64,000 nucleotides of DNA from Myxococcota bacterium (lineage in GTDB: Bacteria; Myxococcota_A; UBA9160; UBA6930): the NCBI GenBank assembly GCA_965223705.1, contig OZ245015.1, forward strand, positions 2,016,001-2,080,000, in the 5' to 3' direction. The notes beneath the pieces were generated by a model. The model was not told the DNA's origin, ran no database searches, and saw only the letters and a list, made by a program, of their open reading frames with translations. Positions 38,237 through 51,674 of the stretch are shown here, piece by piece (position 1 is the stretch's first letter; every line of letters starts with the position of its first letter). The position numbers and the translations under genes are program-made.

Positions 38237-38848
38237 TTACGCGATCTCGCGAATCGGTCGCGCGGGAACGCCTGCCACCAGCGTGTCCGCGGCGACGGAA
38301 GCGTTGACCAAGGCCGACGCCGCGATGAGCGCGCCGGCCCCGATGTGGATTCCGTGGAGGACCGTCGCGCCCGTGCCCAAATACGCATCCTCGTCGATCA
38401 CGACGGGCGCCGCCTCCCGCGGAAACGATCGGGCGAGCCGACTCGCGCCGACATCGAGGTGTGTGACGATCGCCGTGCGCGCGGAGAGCGTGGCGCGGTC
38501 CCGGATCTCGATGGGCGCCTTCAAATCCAAGAGAACGTCGGGGCCGACCCAGACCTCGCGACCGATGGATAGATGACAGAACCCCGCTTGGGGGTTCAGG
38601 ACGTGGATCGGGGGCCGAAGCGAGGTCCCGCGGCCGATCGACGCCCCCAGCGCCCGAAGGATGCGCTCCGCGAGCCCCGGCGGCGCGGTCAGGAGCGCCC
38701 GTGCGGCCGCTTCCTCGCCGCGCACGCGATACCACTGCGCGCGCAGATCCCACGAGGCCCGCTGCAACCGGCGCGCGGCACCCGCGATATATCGGAGTAC
38801 GCGCGCCTCGGACGGACGCGGGCGAACGCGTGAGAGCGAGATTCCCAT
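38237..38848 (-). CDS. Left-handed beta-helix acyltransferase
   Basis: Hexapeptide repeats, C-terminal AGVPARPI. Confidence 0.8.
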   Translation of the reverse strand: MGISLSRVRPRPSEARVLRYIAGAARRLQRASWDLRAQWYRVRGEEAAARALLTAPPGLAERILRALGASIGRGTSLRPPIHVLNPQAGFCHLSIGREVWVGPDVLLDLKAPIEIRDRATLSARTAIVTHLDVGASRLARSFPREAAPVVIDEDAYLGTGATVLHGIHIGAGALIAASALVNASVAADTLVAGVPARPIREIA

Positions 38849-38982
38849 CGCTCTCGAATCGGCAATCGACCGGTAACTCCTTAGAACGCGCTCGGCGATA
38901 CCAATGACGTTGGACGGGTACCGTGTGACTGGACGCGTGCGGAGAGGTCGGAGATCCTCTTTGCCGCACCGAGGAGAATCTC

Positions 38983-40167
38983 ATGGCCGCATCCGTCGTC
39001 ATCGCTTCCGCTGTCCGCACGCCGATCGGCGCGTTTCAAGGCAGTTTGTCGGAACTCTCCGCTCCCGAGCTCGGGGCAATTGCCGTGCGCGAAGCCGTGC
39101 GGCGCGCCGGCGTCCCGCCCGAGGCCGTGGAGCGCATTTTCATGGGACAGGTTCTGCCGGCGGCGGCGGGGCAGGCGCCGGCCCGCCAGGCAGCCCTCGG
39201 CGCGGGACTGCCCGATTCGGTCGCCGCGGTGACGGTGAACAAGGTCTGCGGTTCCGGACTCCAGGCGGTGATGTTCGCGCGCCGGGAGATCCTCTTGGAC
39301 GATGCGGCGGTCGTCGTCGCGGGCGGCATGGAGTCGATGACGAACGCGCCTTACGCATTGCCGAAAGCCCGCTCGGGCTTCCGGATGGGCGACGCTCCGA
39401 TGATCGACACGATGGTCCACGACGGCCTTTGGGATCCGTACAACAACGTGCACATGGGCAACTGCGGCGACTTGGTCGCCAGCCACTACGCGTTTTCCCG
39501 GGAGGATCAGGACGCGTTCGCGTTGCAGAGCTACGAGCGCGCGATCGCGGCTCAGTCGGAGGGCCGCTTCAAGGATGAGATCGTTCCCGTGGAGATCCCG
39601 CAGCGGCGCGGTGAGCCGCTTCTCATCGAGGACGACGAAGAGCCGAAGCGCGCGCGCCTCGAGTCCTTGGCGTCGCTGCGCGCGGCGTTTTCGAAGGGCG
39701 GCACGGTCACCGCGGCCAACGCGTCGAGCATCAACGACGGGGCCGCCGCGCTTGTGGTGTGCTCGGAAGCGGCGGCGCGGGAGCACGGGCTACCGGTCAT
39801 GGCGCGCATTCTCGGCGACGCGACTTTCGCTCAGGATCCCCAGTGGTTCACGACGGCGCCGGTTCACGCCATGGCCAAGTTGTTCGAGAAGACCGGGACC
39901 CGCGCCTCCGATTGGGATCTGTACGAGATCAACGAGGCCTTCTCCGGCGTCACGATGGCCGCGGTGAAGGAGCACAGGCTCGATCCGGGGCGGGTCAACG
40001 TGAACGGCGGCGCCGTGTCGTTGGGTCATCCCATCGGTTGTTCGGGTGCGAGAATCCTCGTGACGCTGCTCCACGCCTTGCGCGATCGCGGCGAGAAGCG
40101 GGGGATCGCGACGCTCTGCATCGGCGGCGGTGAGGCCGTCGCGCTCGGAGTGGAGCTACCCAGCTGA
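38983..40167 (+). CDS. atoB: Acetyl-CoA C-acetyltransferase (thiolase)
   Basis: [27 protein letters not shown]. Confidence 0.9.
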   Translation: MAASVVIASAVRTPIGAFQGSLSELSAPELGAIAVREAVRRAGVPPEAVERIFMGQVLPAAAGQAPARQAALGAGLPDSVAAVTVNKVCGSGLQAVMFARREILLDDAAVVVAGGMESMTNAPYALPKARSGFRMGDAPMIDTMVHDGLWDPYNNVHMGNCGDLVASHYAFSREDQDAFALQSYERAIAAQSEGRFKDEIVPVEIPQRRGEPLLIEDDEEPKRARLESLASLRAAFSKGGTVTAANASSINDGAAALVVCSEAAAREHGLPVMARILGDATFAQDPQWFTTAPVHAMAKLFEKTGTRASDWDLYEINEAFSGVTMAAVKEHRLDPGRVNVNGGAVSLGHPIGCSGARILVTLLHALRDRGEKRGIATLCIGGGEAVALGVELPS

Positions 40168-40191
40168 GAAAGTCTTGTTATTTCCGAGGCT

Positions 40192-40209
40192 TAGCAGATC
40201 TGCTAGCAT
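40192..40209 (+). promoter_or_regulatory. 14-bp palindrome overlapping an extended -10 upstream of icmF
   Basis: TAGCAGATCTGCTA at 40192-40205; TGcTAGCAT at 40201-40209. Confidence 0.4.
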
Positions 40210-40320
40210 CGTTGCGACCGAGAGTCATGCCCGAGTGCGGAAACGCCGAAGGCCCATAGGATCGCCTATTCGACCGCGAGAAACGTCCTCAGCGGTCGGT
40301 TCCCCCAGGAGTTTCTTCAG

Positions 40321-43300
40321 ATGAGCGAGGCGGCAGCCACTGTAAGCCCTCTGCGACCTTCACCGAGCCGCGTTCGCGTCGTCACGGCCGCGTCTCTTTT
40401 TGACGGGCACGATGCCGCCATCAACATCATGCGGCGGATCCTTCAGTCCCAAGGTGCCGAGGTCATCCATTTAGGTCACGACCGCTCGGTGGACGACGTC
40501 GTCGAGGCGGCGATCCAAGAGGATGCCCACGCCGTGGCGATCTCGTCATACCAGGGCGGTCACGTCGAGTATTTCAAGTACTTGGTCGATCGGCTGCGAG
40601 ACGCCGGGGCCCCGAACATCCGGGTGTACGGCGGAGGCGGCGGCACGATCGTCCCCGAGGAAATCGACGAGCTACACGCGTACGGTGTCGCGCGCATCTT
40701 CAGTCCCGAAGACGGCCGGGAGCTCGGGCTCGAAGGCATGATCCGCACGATCATCGACGAGTGCACCCAGGCGACGATCGCGCGCGTCACGAGCGAGGTC
40801 GAAACCGCTTCGCCTTCCGAACCTCTCGCGGTTGCCCGCCTCATCACGTGGTTCGAAGAGCACGGAGCTTCCGAGCCCGAACAAGCGGCGACGATACGCG
40901 CGGAACTCGAAGCGAAGCGGGCGGGCAAGCAGGCCGCGGTTATCGGGTTCACGGGAACCGGCGGGGCCGGCAAGTCGAGTGTGGTCGACGAAATCGTCGG
41001 CCGTTACCGCATGGAATTTCCGGACAACAACGTGGCACTCCTCCTCGTCGACCCGACGCGACGTCGCTCCGGCGGCGCGCTTCTCGGTGACCGGATCCGG
41101 ATGAACGCCATCCACGGAGGTTCCGTCTTCGTGCGCTCGCTCGCGACTCGAACCGCGCACCTCGCGGTCTCGAGCAGCGTCGCCGACGGCGTACGCGTGC
41201 TCCAGGGCGCGGGCTACGACTTGATCCTGGTCGAGACCGCGGGCATCGGCCAGAGCGACTCCGAGATCATCGATCTCGTCGATTCGTCCATCTACGTGAT
41301 GACACCGGAATTCGGCGCGCCCTCGCAACTCGAGAAGATCGACATGCTCGAACTCGCCGACGTGATCGTGCTGAACAAGTTCGATCGCCACGGGTCCGAA
41401 GACGCGTTGCGCGACGTCCGCAAGCAGTGGAAGCGCAACCACCCCGACCGCGCGGGTGCCGCCGACGCGGAAATTCCTGTGTTTCCGACCATGGCCCGCG
41501 CTTGGAACGACCCCGGAGTGGCGCGGCTGTACGCCGCCCTGCGCAACCAGATCCTCGGGAATGCGCTCGAGGTCCCGGAGGAGGCGGAAGTCGAGCGCGC
41601 GTCGTCCGCAATGATCCCGGGCAATCGCGCCCGCTATCTGGCGGATATCGCCGACACCGTTCGGGGCTACCGAGAAGAGAGCACTCGCCAGGCGGATCTC
41701 GCAGCGACCGCCTGGGCGCTGGGCCGCAGCCTCCGCGAATTGGGCGACGCGCCCGAGGCCGACGGCGCGCCGTATCCCGCGGCGGCTCTCGCCGACGCTT
41801 CGGTCGGTGAAGCGGTTCGCGAGTTGCGCAGCCGCTACAACGAAGCGCTCGATCGCATCGATCCCTCGGTCCGCCGCGAACTGCTCGAATGGGACGAACT
41901 CGCCCGTCGCTATACCCAAGACACGCAATCGTATGCGGTGCGCGGCCGCGAGATTCCCGTTGAGAACTACCGATCGTCCCTCTCGGGTACGGCGATCCCG
42001 AAGGTCGCCATTCCCCGCACCACGTCGTGGAGCGATCGGGTCCTCTTTCAGCGGCAAGAGAACGTTCCGGGAGCCTTCCCATTTACGGCCGGCGTCTTCC
42101 CGTTCAAGCGCGAGGGCGAGGACCCCACGCGGATGTTCGCGGGCGAGGGCGGGCCCGAGCGTACGAACCGCCGCTTCCATTACCTGTGTGAGGGGCAACC
42201 CGCTGCGCGGCTCTCGACGGCGTTTGACAGCGTCACCTTGTACGGCCGCGACCCCGATCTCCGACCCGATATCTACGGGAAGGTCGGTACGTCGGGCGTT
42301 TCGGTCTGCTGCCTCGACGATGCCAAGAAGCTCTACTCGGGCTTCGACCTGTGCGATCCCAAGACGTCGGTCTCCATGACCATCAATGGTCCGGCGCCCA
42401 TGGTGCTCGCGTTTTTCCTGAACGCGGCGATCGATCAGCAGGTCGAACGACACCTGGTCGAGACGGGGCAACTCGCCGCCGTGCGGGAACGTTTTGGAGG
42501 CGACGCAGCGCTCCCCCGCTATGCGGGAGAACTGCCGAGCAACCACAATGGCCTCGGGCTCGGGTTGCTGGGCATTCCCGGCGACCGGGCGGTCGACGCG
42601 GAAACCTACCAGCGCATCCGCGAAAAGGTGCTTTCCACGGTTCGAGGCACGGTCCAGGCCGACATCCTGAAAGAAGATCAGGCACAGAATACGTGCATCT
42701 TCTCGACGGAGTTCGCGCTCAAAGTGATGGGGGACATCCAGGAGTTCTTCGTCTCGAACGCGGTGAAGAACTTCTACTCGGTCTCGATCTCGGGCTATCA
42801 CATCGCCGAAGCGGGAGCGAACCCGATCTCGCAGTTGGCTTTTACCCTGGCCAACGGCTTCACCTACGCCGAGTACTACTTGGCGCGCGGGATGTCGATC
42901 GACCAGTTCGCGCCGAACTTCTCGTTCTTCTTCAGCAATGGGCTCGATCCCGAGTACAACGTGATCGGCCGGGTGGCGCGTCGCATTTGGGCGATCGCCA
43001 TGCGCGAGCGCTACGGCGCCGATGAGAGGAGCCAGAAGCTCAAGTATCACATTCAGACTTCCGGGCGGTCGCTGCACGCGCAAGAAATGTCCTTCAATGA
43101 CATCCGCACGACGCTCCAGGCACTGATCGCCATTCAGGATCACTGCAACAGTCTGCACACCAACGCCTACGACGAAGCTGTGACCACGCCGACACCCGAG
43201 TCGGTGCGTCGCGCGTTGGCGATTCAGCTCATCATCAACCGCGAGCTCGGGACGACGATGAACGAGAACCCGATCCAAGGGGCGTATCTGGTCGACGAGC

Positions 43301-43746
43301 TCACCGATCTCGTCGAGGAAGCGGTGCTGGCCGAGTTCGAGCGGATCTCGGACCGCGGTGGCGTGCTCGGCGCGATGGAGACCCTCTACCAGCGCGGAAA
43401 GATCCAGGAGGAGAGCCTCCACTACGAGACGCTGAAGCACAACGGGGAGCTCCCCATCATCGGCGTCAACACGTTCCTGAACCCCGACGGTGAGGACAGC
43501 AGCGTGCAACCGACGGGCCTCATGCGGGGTACGGCGGAAGAGAAGCAGGTGCAGCTCGACAACTTGGCGGGCCTCCACGGTCGCTACCAGGAAGAAGCTG
43601 CCGCGGCCCTCACGGGACTGCAGCGGGCGGCACGGGCAAACGAGAACGTCTTCGCGGAGTTGATGGAAACGGTGAAGGTCGCGAGCCTCGGGCAAGTGAC
43701 GAACGCGTTGTTCGAGGTCGGCGGCCGCTACCGGCGGGCGATGTAG
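40321..43746 (+). CDS. icmF: Fused isobutyryl-CoA mutase/GTPase
   Basis: B12 domain FDGHDA, MeaI GTPase [20 protein letters not shown], mutase [18 protein letters not shown]. Confidence 0.95.
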   Translation: MSEAAATVSPLRPSPSRVRVVTAASLFDGHDAAINIMRRILQSQGAEVIHLGHDRSVDDVVEAAIQEDAHAVAISSYQGGHVEYFKYLVDRLRDAGAPNIRVYGGGGGTIVPEEIDELHAYGVARIFSPEDGRELGLEGMIRTIIDECTQATIARVTSEVETASPSEPLAVARLITWFEEHGASEPEQAATIRAELEAKRAGKQAAVIGFTGTGGAGKSSVVDEIVGRYRMEFPDNNVALLLVDPTRRRSGGALLGDRIRMNAIHGGSVFVRSLATRTAHLAVSSSVADGVRVLQGAGYDLILVETAGIGQSDSEIIDLVDSSIYVMTPEFGAPSQLEKIDMLELADVIVLNKFDRHGSEDALRDVRKQWKRNHPDRAGAADAEIPVFPTMARAWNDPGVARLYAALRNQILGNALEVPEEAEVERASSAMIPGNRARYLADIADTVRGYREESTRQADLAATAWALGRSLRELGDAPEADGAPYPAAALADASVGEAVRELRSRYNEALDRIDPSVRRELLEWDELARRYTQDTQSYAVRGREIPVENYRSSLSGTAIPKVAIPRTTSWSDRVLFQRQENVPGAFPFTAGVFPFKREGEDPTRMFAGEGGPERTNRRFHYLCEGQPAARLSTAFDSVTLYGRDPDLRPDIYGKVGTSGVSVCCLDDAKKLYSGFDLCDPKTSVSMTINGPAPMVLAFFLNAAIDQQVERHLVETGQLAAVRERFGGDAALPRYAGELPSNHNGLGLGLLGIPGDRAVDAETYQRIREKVLSTVRGTVQADILKEDQAQNTCIFSTEFALKVMGDIQEFFVSNAVKNFYSVSISGYHIAEAGANPISQLAFTLANGFTYAEYYLARGMSIDQFAPNFSFFFSNGLDPEYNVIGRVARRIWAIAMRERYGADERSQKLKYHIQTSGRSLHAQEMSFNDIRTTLQALIAIQDHCNSLHTNAYDEAVTTPTPESVRRALAIQLIINRELGTTMNENPIQGAYLVDELTDLVEEAVLAEFERISDRGGVLGAMETLYQRGKIQEESLHYETLKHNGELPIIGVNTFLNPDGEDSSVQPTGLMRGTAEEKQVQLDNLAGLHGRYQEEAAAALTGLQRAARANENVFAELMETVKVASLGQVTNALFEVGGRYRRAM

Positions 43747-43777
43747 CGGCGCCGACGCGCCGAGAAACGAGAGAAAC

Positions 43778-45924
<2,147 letters not shown>

Positions 45925-45928
<4 letters not shown>

Positions 45929-47020
45929 GCGACGACGGACCGAGAGCGGTCTCACGGCGAGCGAGCGGACGGACCGGGAGCGGTCTCACGGCGAGCGAGC
46001 GACAACGGACCGGGAACGGCCGCACGCCGAGCTGGCGACGACGAACTCGACGCGGTCTGCCGGGCGATTCGCGACGGCGATCGTCGGGCGGTTGCGCGGA
46101 CCATCACGCTCCTCGAAAGCACACGCAGCGACCACAGCGCGCGCGGTCAAGCGATCCTCGAAGCGTTGCTTCCCCACACCGGCGCGGCCTTTCGCGTCGG
46201 GATCACCGGACCGCCTGGCGTCGGGAAGAGCACTTTCATCGAAGCGCTGGGCCTCCACGTTCTCTCCCTCGACCTCCGCATAGCGGTACTCGCGGTGGAC
46301 CCGAGCAGTCCGCTGAGCGGCGGCAGCATTCTCGGGGACAAGACCCGCATGGAACGGCTGTCCCGGGAAGAGGGGGCGTTTATTCGACCCTCGCCGTCGG
46401 GCGGTTCCCTGGGCGGCGTCGCGAGCCGCACGCGCGAGGCGATGTTGGTCTGCGAAGCAGCGGGCTTCGACGTCGTCGTCGTGGAGACGGTGGGCGTCGG
46501 CCAATCGGAAGTGACCGTGCGCTCGATGGTCGACTTCTTCGCGGTGATGCTGCAACCCGGCGCGGGGGACGGCCTCCAAGGGATCAAGCGCGGCGTTCTC
46601 GAGCTCGCCGACGCGCTCATCGTCAACAAGTCGGACGGGGACCAGATCGAACTCGCCGAGCGCACCCGCATTGATCACGAACAGGCGCTGACACTCCTCC
46701 GGCCGCCTTCCGCGAGCTGGGTGCCGCGCGTCCTCGCCGTGAGCTCCCTCGACGGGACGGGCATCGACGCGGTCTGGGAGACGGTGGCTGAGCATCGAGC
46801 CGCTCTCGATCGTGCGGGTGAGCTGCGGCGGCAGCGGCGCACCCAGGACCGTCAGTGGTTGTGGAGCCTCCTCGAGGAAGGGCTCCTCGACGCCTTCCGC
46901 AACGATCCGGCAACATCCGAGGAGCTGGCCGTCCTCGAGGCCGACGTGATGGGTCAAAAGACCACACCCGCCGCAGCTGCGCGTCAGTTGCTCAAGACCT
47001 TCCGATCAAACCGGGCCTGA
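45925..47020 (+). CDS. meaB: Mutase-associated GTPase MeaB; 5' end apparently frameshifted near 45967
   Basis: [48 protein letters not shown]; homology starts upstream of first in-frame start (46166). Confidence 0.85.
45928..46033. repeat. About 36-bp degenerate tandem repeat, 3 copies
   Basis: AGCGACGACGGACCGAGAGCGGTCTCACGGCGAGCG, a 34-bp copy from 45964, a diverged 36-bp copy from 45998. Confidence 0.85.
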
Positions 47021-47117
47021 AAAACCCCTTCATACCCGGGCCGGGCCGGCCGATGACTTTGTGAGGTTTGGCCCTTCTGGGCTTTGGTGCGCTCTTTGGC
47101 GCAGCGAGGTGTCTGCC

Positions 47118-47798
47118 ATGGTGCAGATCAACATGGCCGCGCGCGAGATTGTGCTCAAGATCGTCTATTACGGTCCGGCACTGTCGGGCAAGACCACCAA
47201 CCTGCAACAGCTCCACGAAATGCTCGAAGGTTCGGCCAAGGGCAAGATGGTCACACTCGACACGACCGACGACCGGACCCTGTATTTCGATTTCCTGCCG
47301 CTTCAATTCGGAACCCAAAGCGGTTTTGCCGTGAAGCTCAAGCTCTTCACCGTACCCGGCCAGGTCATGCACAAGTCGACCCGCAAAGTCGTCTTGGCGG
47401 GCGCGGATGCGGTGGCCTTCGTCGCCGATTCCCAGCGCTCCTCGGCTTCGGCCAACGCGTACTCCTACCGGGACATGGAAGCGAACCTGAAGAGCAACGG
47501 GATCGATTTCGACACCGTTCCGCGGGTCATCCAGTTCAACAAGCGCGACCTTCCGGATATCAAGCCGTTGGCGGAGATCCGAGACGCTTGGGGCGACATC
47601 CCGACGTTCCCCGCCGTCGCGATTCGCGGAGAGGGCGTGCTCGAGACGTTCCGCGAGCTCCTGCGCCGCACCTATCGCTCGCTCGACAAGAAGCACGGCT
47701 TCGCGGCGAAGTTCGGCGTGACCGAGGACGATTTCCTGAACGGCGTCTTCAAGCACTTCCGGGACGCCCCCGCCGCCGCCGCGAACTCCGACAGCTAG
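47118..47798 (+). CDS. MglA-family small GTPase, SofG-like
   Basis: KIVYYGPALSGKTTN, DDRTLYFD, FTVPGQ, QFNKRDL, C-terminal extension. Confidence 0.88.
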   Translation: MVQINMAAREIVLKIVYYGPALSGKTTNLQQLHEMLEGSAKGKMVTLDTTDDRTLYFDFLPLQFGTQSGFAVKLKLFTVPGQVMHKSTRKVVLAGADAVAFVADSQRSSASANAYSYRDMEANLKSNGIDFDTVPRVIQFNKRDLPDIKPLAEIRDAWGDIPTFPAVAIRGEGVLETFRELLRRTYRSLDKKHGFAAKFGVTEDDFLNGVFKHFRDAPAAAANSDS

Positions 47799-47825
47799 GT
47801 TCGAGCTCCCTCGCAGGCGCCGCGT

Positions 47826-47854
47826 TTGACACCCTTCTGGGGCGCTGATAGCGT
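47826..47854 (+). promoter_or_regulatory. Candidate sigma70 promoter for ribBA
   Basis: TTGACA-17 bp-TAGCGT with TG extension. Confidence 0.55.
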
Positions 47855-47962
47855 CGATTCTCGGCCCAACGACGTCTGCACCGGGCTGCCCCTGGGGTCA
47901 TCGGGGGTGCCGGGGCCTTAGCGTACAATCCCATAGGCATCCCTCCGCACCCCGAAGTCTTT

Positions 47963-49225
47963 ATGAGCGACCCTGTGCATTCCTCCTCCGCTTCGCCCGA
48001 TCCGCCCAAATCGCCGGGTGCGGTCGAGCGCGCCGTCGACGCGCTGCGGACGGGGCGCATCGTGGTCGTGACGAACGATGACGATCCCGCCACCGAAGGC
48101 GAGCTGTGCATGGCCGCGACCCAGGCGACGGCCGAATCGATCAACTTCATGCTGAGGCGCGCCCGCGGTTTGGTCTGTCTCGCCCTGACCGAAGAGCGAC
48201 TGCGTAAGCTCGGCCTCGACATGATGACTGCCGAAGGGGAGTCGACGGAGCGCCTCCCGATGGCCGTTTCGATCGAAGCGAGCGAAGGCGTGACGACCGG
48301 TATCTCGGCCTCCGATCGAGCCACGACGGTCCGTGCGGCTGTCGCCGAAGGCGCGCGTCCCGAGCATTTGCGCAGCCCCGGCCACGTGTTCCCCGTGCGC
48401 GTACGGAGCGGCGGCGTCCTGCGACAGCCCGGTCGCGTCGAAGCGGCGGTGGACCTCGTCCGATTGGCCGGCCTCCCGCCCGCAGCGGTCACCTGCCAGG
48501 TGCTGCGAGAAGACGGCGCGATGGCGGTGCTCGACGACCTGACCGCTCTTTGCGACGACGCGGGTCTGGTCCGGGTCAGCGTCGCCGATCTGGTGCGCTA
48601 CCGGCTCCAGCACGAGACGCTCGTCCGGCGCGCCGGCGATGCGCACTTGCCGACCCGCAACGCGGGAAGTTTCCGGGCGATCGTCTACGAGAATGAGATC
48701 GATGGCATCGACCACATCGCCTTGGTGAAGGGCGACGTGGCGGCGGGCGAGCCCGTTTTGGTGCGGCTTCACAGCGAATGCCTCACCGGGGACGCGTTCC
48801 ATTCGCTGCGTTGCGATTGCGGCGAACAACTCGATCGCGCGATGGAGCAGATCGATCGCGAAGGGCGAGGCGTCATTCTGTACCTTCGGCAAGAGGGGCG
48901 GGGCATCGGCCTCAAGAACAAAATTCGGGCCTACGGCCTGCAGGACCGGGAAGGTCTCGACACCGTCGAGGCCAACGTTCAGCTCGGTTTCGCTGCCGAT
49001 CAGCGCGACTATGGCGTCGGGGGGCAGATGCTCGTCGAACTCGGCGTCCGTCGTCTCCGGCTGTTGACCAACAACCCGCGCAAGCAATCGGCGATCGAGG
49101 CTCTGGGCCTCGAGATCGTCGAGCGGGTACCGCTCGAGGTCGCCCCGAACGACAAGAACCGCGAATACCTTCGCACGAAACGAGAGAAGCTCGGTCACGC
49201 GTTGCGTTTCGGTGAAGAGGACTAG
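47963..49225 (+). CDS. ribBA: RibBA: degenerate DHBP synthase domain plus GTP cyclohydrolase II
   Basis: TTGISASDR, PGHVFP; RLHSECLTGD..SLRCDCG, QEGRGIG, TNNPRK. Confidence 0.9.
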   Translation: MSDPVHSSSASPDPPKSPGAVERAVDALRTGRIVVVTNDDDPATEGELCMAATQATAESINFMLRRARGLVCLALTEERLRKLGLDMMTAEGESTERLPMAVSIEASEGVTTGISASDRATTVRAAVAEGARPEHLRSPGHVFPVRVRSGGVLRQPGRVEAAVDLVRLAGLPPAAVTCQVLREDGAMAVLDDLTALCDDAGLVRVSVADLVRYRLQHETLVRRAGDAHLPTRNAGSFRAIVYENEIDGIDHIALVKGDVAAGEPVLVRLHSECLTGDAFHSLRCDCGEQLDRAMEQIDREGRGVILYLRQEGRGIGLKNKIRAYGLQDREGLDTVEANVQLGFAADQRDYGVGGQMLVELGVRRLRLLTNNPRKQSAIEALGLEIVERVPLEVAPNDKNREYLRTKREKLGHALRFGEED

Positions 49226-49233
49226 GAGCTCCG

Positions 49234-50223
49234 TTGTTTACATCCGTTGAAGACGTACAGAAACAGCTGCAAGAGCAGGGCTATATCAGCGACAAGAACA
49301 TCGGGACGGTGGTGTATCTGGCGTCTCAGCTCGAGAAGCCCGTACTCGTCGAGGGGCCGGCGGGTGTCGGCAAGACCGAGTTGGCGAAGGCGGTGGCCCA
49401 GGCGACGGGCCGCGATCTCATTCGGCTCCAGTGCTACGAGGGGCTCGATGAGGCCAAGGCGCTCTACGAGTGGGAATACTCGAAGCAGCTGTTGTACACG
49501 CAGATTCTCAAGGAGAAGCTCGCCGAGACGATGGCTGGCGCGACCAGCCTGCGAGACGCGGCGGATCGCGTGGGCGCCGAGGACTCGGTCTTCTTCTCGA
49601 GTCGGTTCATCGTGACCCGGCCCCTCTTGCGAGCGATCACGTCCGACACGCCGACGCTGCTCTTGATCGACGAAATCGACAAATCGGATCCCGAGTTCGA
49701 GGCGTTCCTCCTCGAGGTCCTCTCGGATTTCCAGGTGACGGTGCCGGAGGTCGGTACGTTCCACGCCAGCCAGAAACCCATCGTCTTTCTCACGTCGAAC
49801 GACGCCCGCGAGATGAGCGACGCGTTAAAGCGCCGTTGTTTGCACCTTTACATCGATTTCCCGAAGGCAGAACTCGAAGTGCGAATCCTCGATTCGCGGG
49901 TTCCCGGCATCGAGCAGCGCCTCGCGGAGGATCTCGTCGAGCTGATGCAGAAGGTCCGCGACCTCGACCTCAAGAAGACGCCTTCGATCAGCGAGACCCT
50001 CGACTGGGCCCGGGCGCTCTTGGCGCTCAACGCGACGGAACTCGACGAAGACATGGTGCAGTCGACCCTGAGCGTCATCCTCAAGTACGAGGGCGACATC
50101 CAGAAAGCCAAGTCCGAGATGGGCAAGCTGGTCGAGAAAAAAGCCGCGGCGGCAGAGCCCGCGGCCGCGGCCGAAACGGCGGCGCCGGCGCCGAAGCCGG
50201 CCAAGAAGGGCACCCTTCACTAG
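49234..50223 (+). CDS. MoxR/CoxD-type AAA+ ATPase
   Basis: EGPAGVGKTE, RLQCYEGLD, LYEWEY, LIDEIDK, SDALKRRC. Confidence 0.9.
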   Translation: MFTSVEDVQKQLQEQGYISDKNIGTVVYLASQLEKPVLVEGPAGVGKTELAKAVAQATGRDLIRLQCYEGLDEAKALYEWEYSKQLLYTQILKEKLAETMAGATSLRDAADRVGAEDSVFFSSRFIVTRPLLRAITSDTPTLLLIDEIDKSDPEFEAFLLEVLSDFQVTVPEVGTFHASQKPIVFLTSNDAREMSDALKRRCLHLYIDFPKAELEVRILDSRVPGIEQRLAEDLVELMQKVRDLDLKKTPSISETLDWARALLALNATELDEDMVQSTLSVILKYEGDIQKAKSEMGKLVEKKAAAAEPAAAAETAAPAPKPAKKGTLH

Positions 50224-50235
50224 CGGCGGTGGCAT

Positions 50236-51651
50236 ATGCAACAGAAGATCATCGACTTCACGAACCTGCTGCGAAAGAGCGGGGTGCGCGTGTCGGTCGC
50301 CGAGGCGATCGATGCCTTCGAAGCGTTGGATGAGCTGTCGCTCGACGACCGCGAGGTGTTTCAGGACGCGCTGCGCTCGACCATGGTCAAGCGCGGCGAC
50401 GACATTCCGACCTTCGATCAGCTCTTCGAGCTCTTCTGGTCGTCGTTCTACGACAGCCTGAAGCAGGCCTTCGAGGACGTCTCCGCCGAGGGGATCGGCG
50501 AGTTTCGGCCCGAGGATCTGCTCGAGATGCTCCAGGCGCAGATGCAGCAGGTCGGTGGCGACGTCGATCTATCGGCGTTGGCCGAGGCCCTGCTCAACCA
50601 GGATTTCTCCGCGCTCGAGCAACTGATCCGCGAAGCGGCCGAGCGCGCCGGTGCGCCGAACATCGAGAACATGCTTCAGATCGGCTTCTTTACGCGTCGC
50701 ACGATGGAGCAGATGGGCTCCGAGGGGGCGACGACCGAGCTCCGCTCGATGGCGGAGCAGCTTCGCGAGTCGGGGCTACCCGACGCGCAGGTGGACGCAC
50801 TTCTCGAGCTTTTCGATCGCTACGCCGAGGCCCTGCGCCGCGCCGCTCGCAACTTCACCGAGCGAGAGTTGCAGCAACAGAACTTTGATTACATGGAGAA
50901 GTTCCGTAGGGAGTCGCTGCTCGAAAAGAGCTTCTACAACCTTACCGAAGAAGAAATCAAGCGCATGCGGGAGGTCGTGATTCGCCTGGCGCAGCGGATC
51001 AAGAATGTTCTTTCGATCCGCAAACGGCGCCTCAAGCGCGGCAAGCTCGATCTCCACACAATGCTGCGCCGGAACGCGGGACACGGCGGTGTACCGTTCG
51101 AAATGATCTTCAAGGAACGTCGGAAGGATCGGCCTAAGCTCGTGATTTTATGTGACGTTTCTTCTTCCGTGGCCAACGTTTCGCGGTTCATGTTGCAGTT
51201 CGTCTACACGCTCCAGGAATGCTTCACGAAGATCCGGACGTTCGTGTTCGTCTCCGAGCTCGGCGAGGTGACCCCCGTCTTTCAGGACAAGGAAATCAAC
51301 TCCGCCATCGAAAAGGCTCTCGAGGGCGGCGATGTGATCAACGTCTACACCCGATCGAACTTCGGGTTCGCTTTTCACCACTTCTGGAAGAACTTCCTGT
51401 CGGCCATCGACAACAAGACGACCGTGCTCATCCTCGGCGACGCGCGCAACAACTACAACGATCCGAAGCTCTGGTGCCTGCGCGACATTCACAACAAGGC
51501 GAAGCACGTGCTGTGGCTCAACCCGGAGAGTCCGAGTGCTTGGGGCTTTGGCGATAGCGTGATGGATCAATACCTGGCCCACGTCGATGCCGCGGAGGAA
51601 TGCCGCAACATGCGCCAGCTGTCGAAGGTCGTCGATCGACTGGTGCTCTAG
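50236..51651 (+). CDS. CoxE-type VWA domain protein
   Basis: LRKSGVRVSVAE, CDVSSS (MIDAS-like), LGDARNN, WLNPE, WGFGDS. Confidence 0.88.
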   Translation: MQQKIIDFTNLLRKSGVRVSVAEAIDAFEALDELSLDDREVFQDALRSTMVKRGDDIPTFDQLFELFWSSFYDSLKQAFEDVSAEGIGEFRPEDLLEMLQAQMQQVGGDVDLSALAEALLNQDFSALEQLIREAAERAGAPNIENMLQIGFFTRRTMEQMGSEGATTELRSMAEQLRESGLPDAQVDALLELFDRYAEALRRAARNFTERELQQQNFDYMEKFRRESLLEKSFYNLTEEEIKRMREVVIRLAQRIKNVLSIRKRRLKRGKLDLHTMLRRNAGHGGVPFEMIFKERRKDRPKLVILCDVSSSVANVSRFMLQFVYTLQECFTKIRTFVFVSELGEVTPVFQDKEINSAIEKALEGGDVINVYTRSNFGFAFHHFWKNFLSAIDNKTTVLILGDARNNYNDPKLWCLRDIHNKAKHVLWLNPESPSAWGFGDSVMDQYLAHVDAAEECRNMRQLSKVVDRLVL

Positions 51652-51674
51652 CGCGCAAAGGTCGATGCGCTTCA

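Noticed and set aside
40210..40320. Cobalamin riboswitch before icmF
   Set aside because: No B12-box or GGGAA core motifs; kept only as an unclassified structured leader
47855..47962. FMN riboswitch before ribBA
   Set aside because: RFN consensus elements are not recognisable and the leader is short
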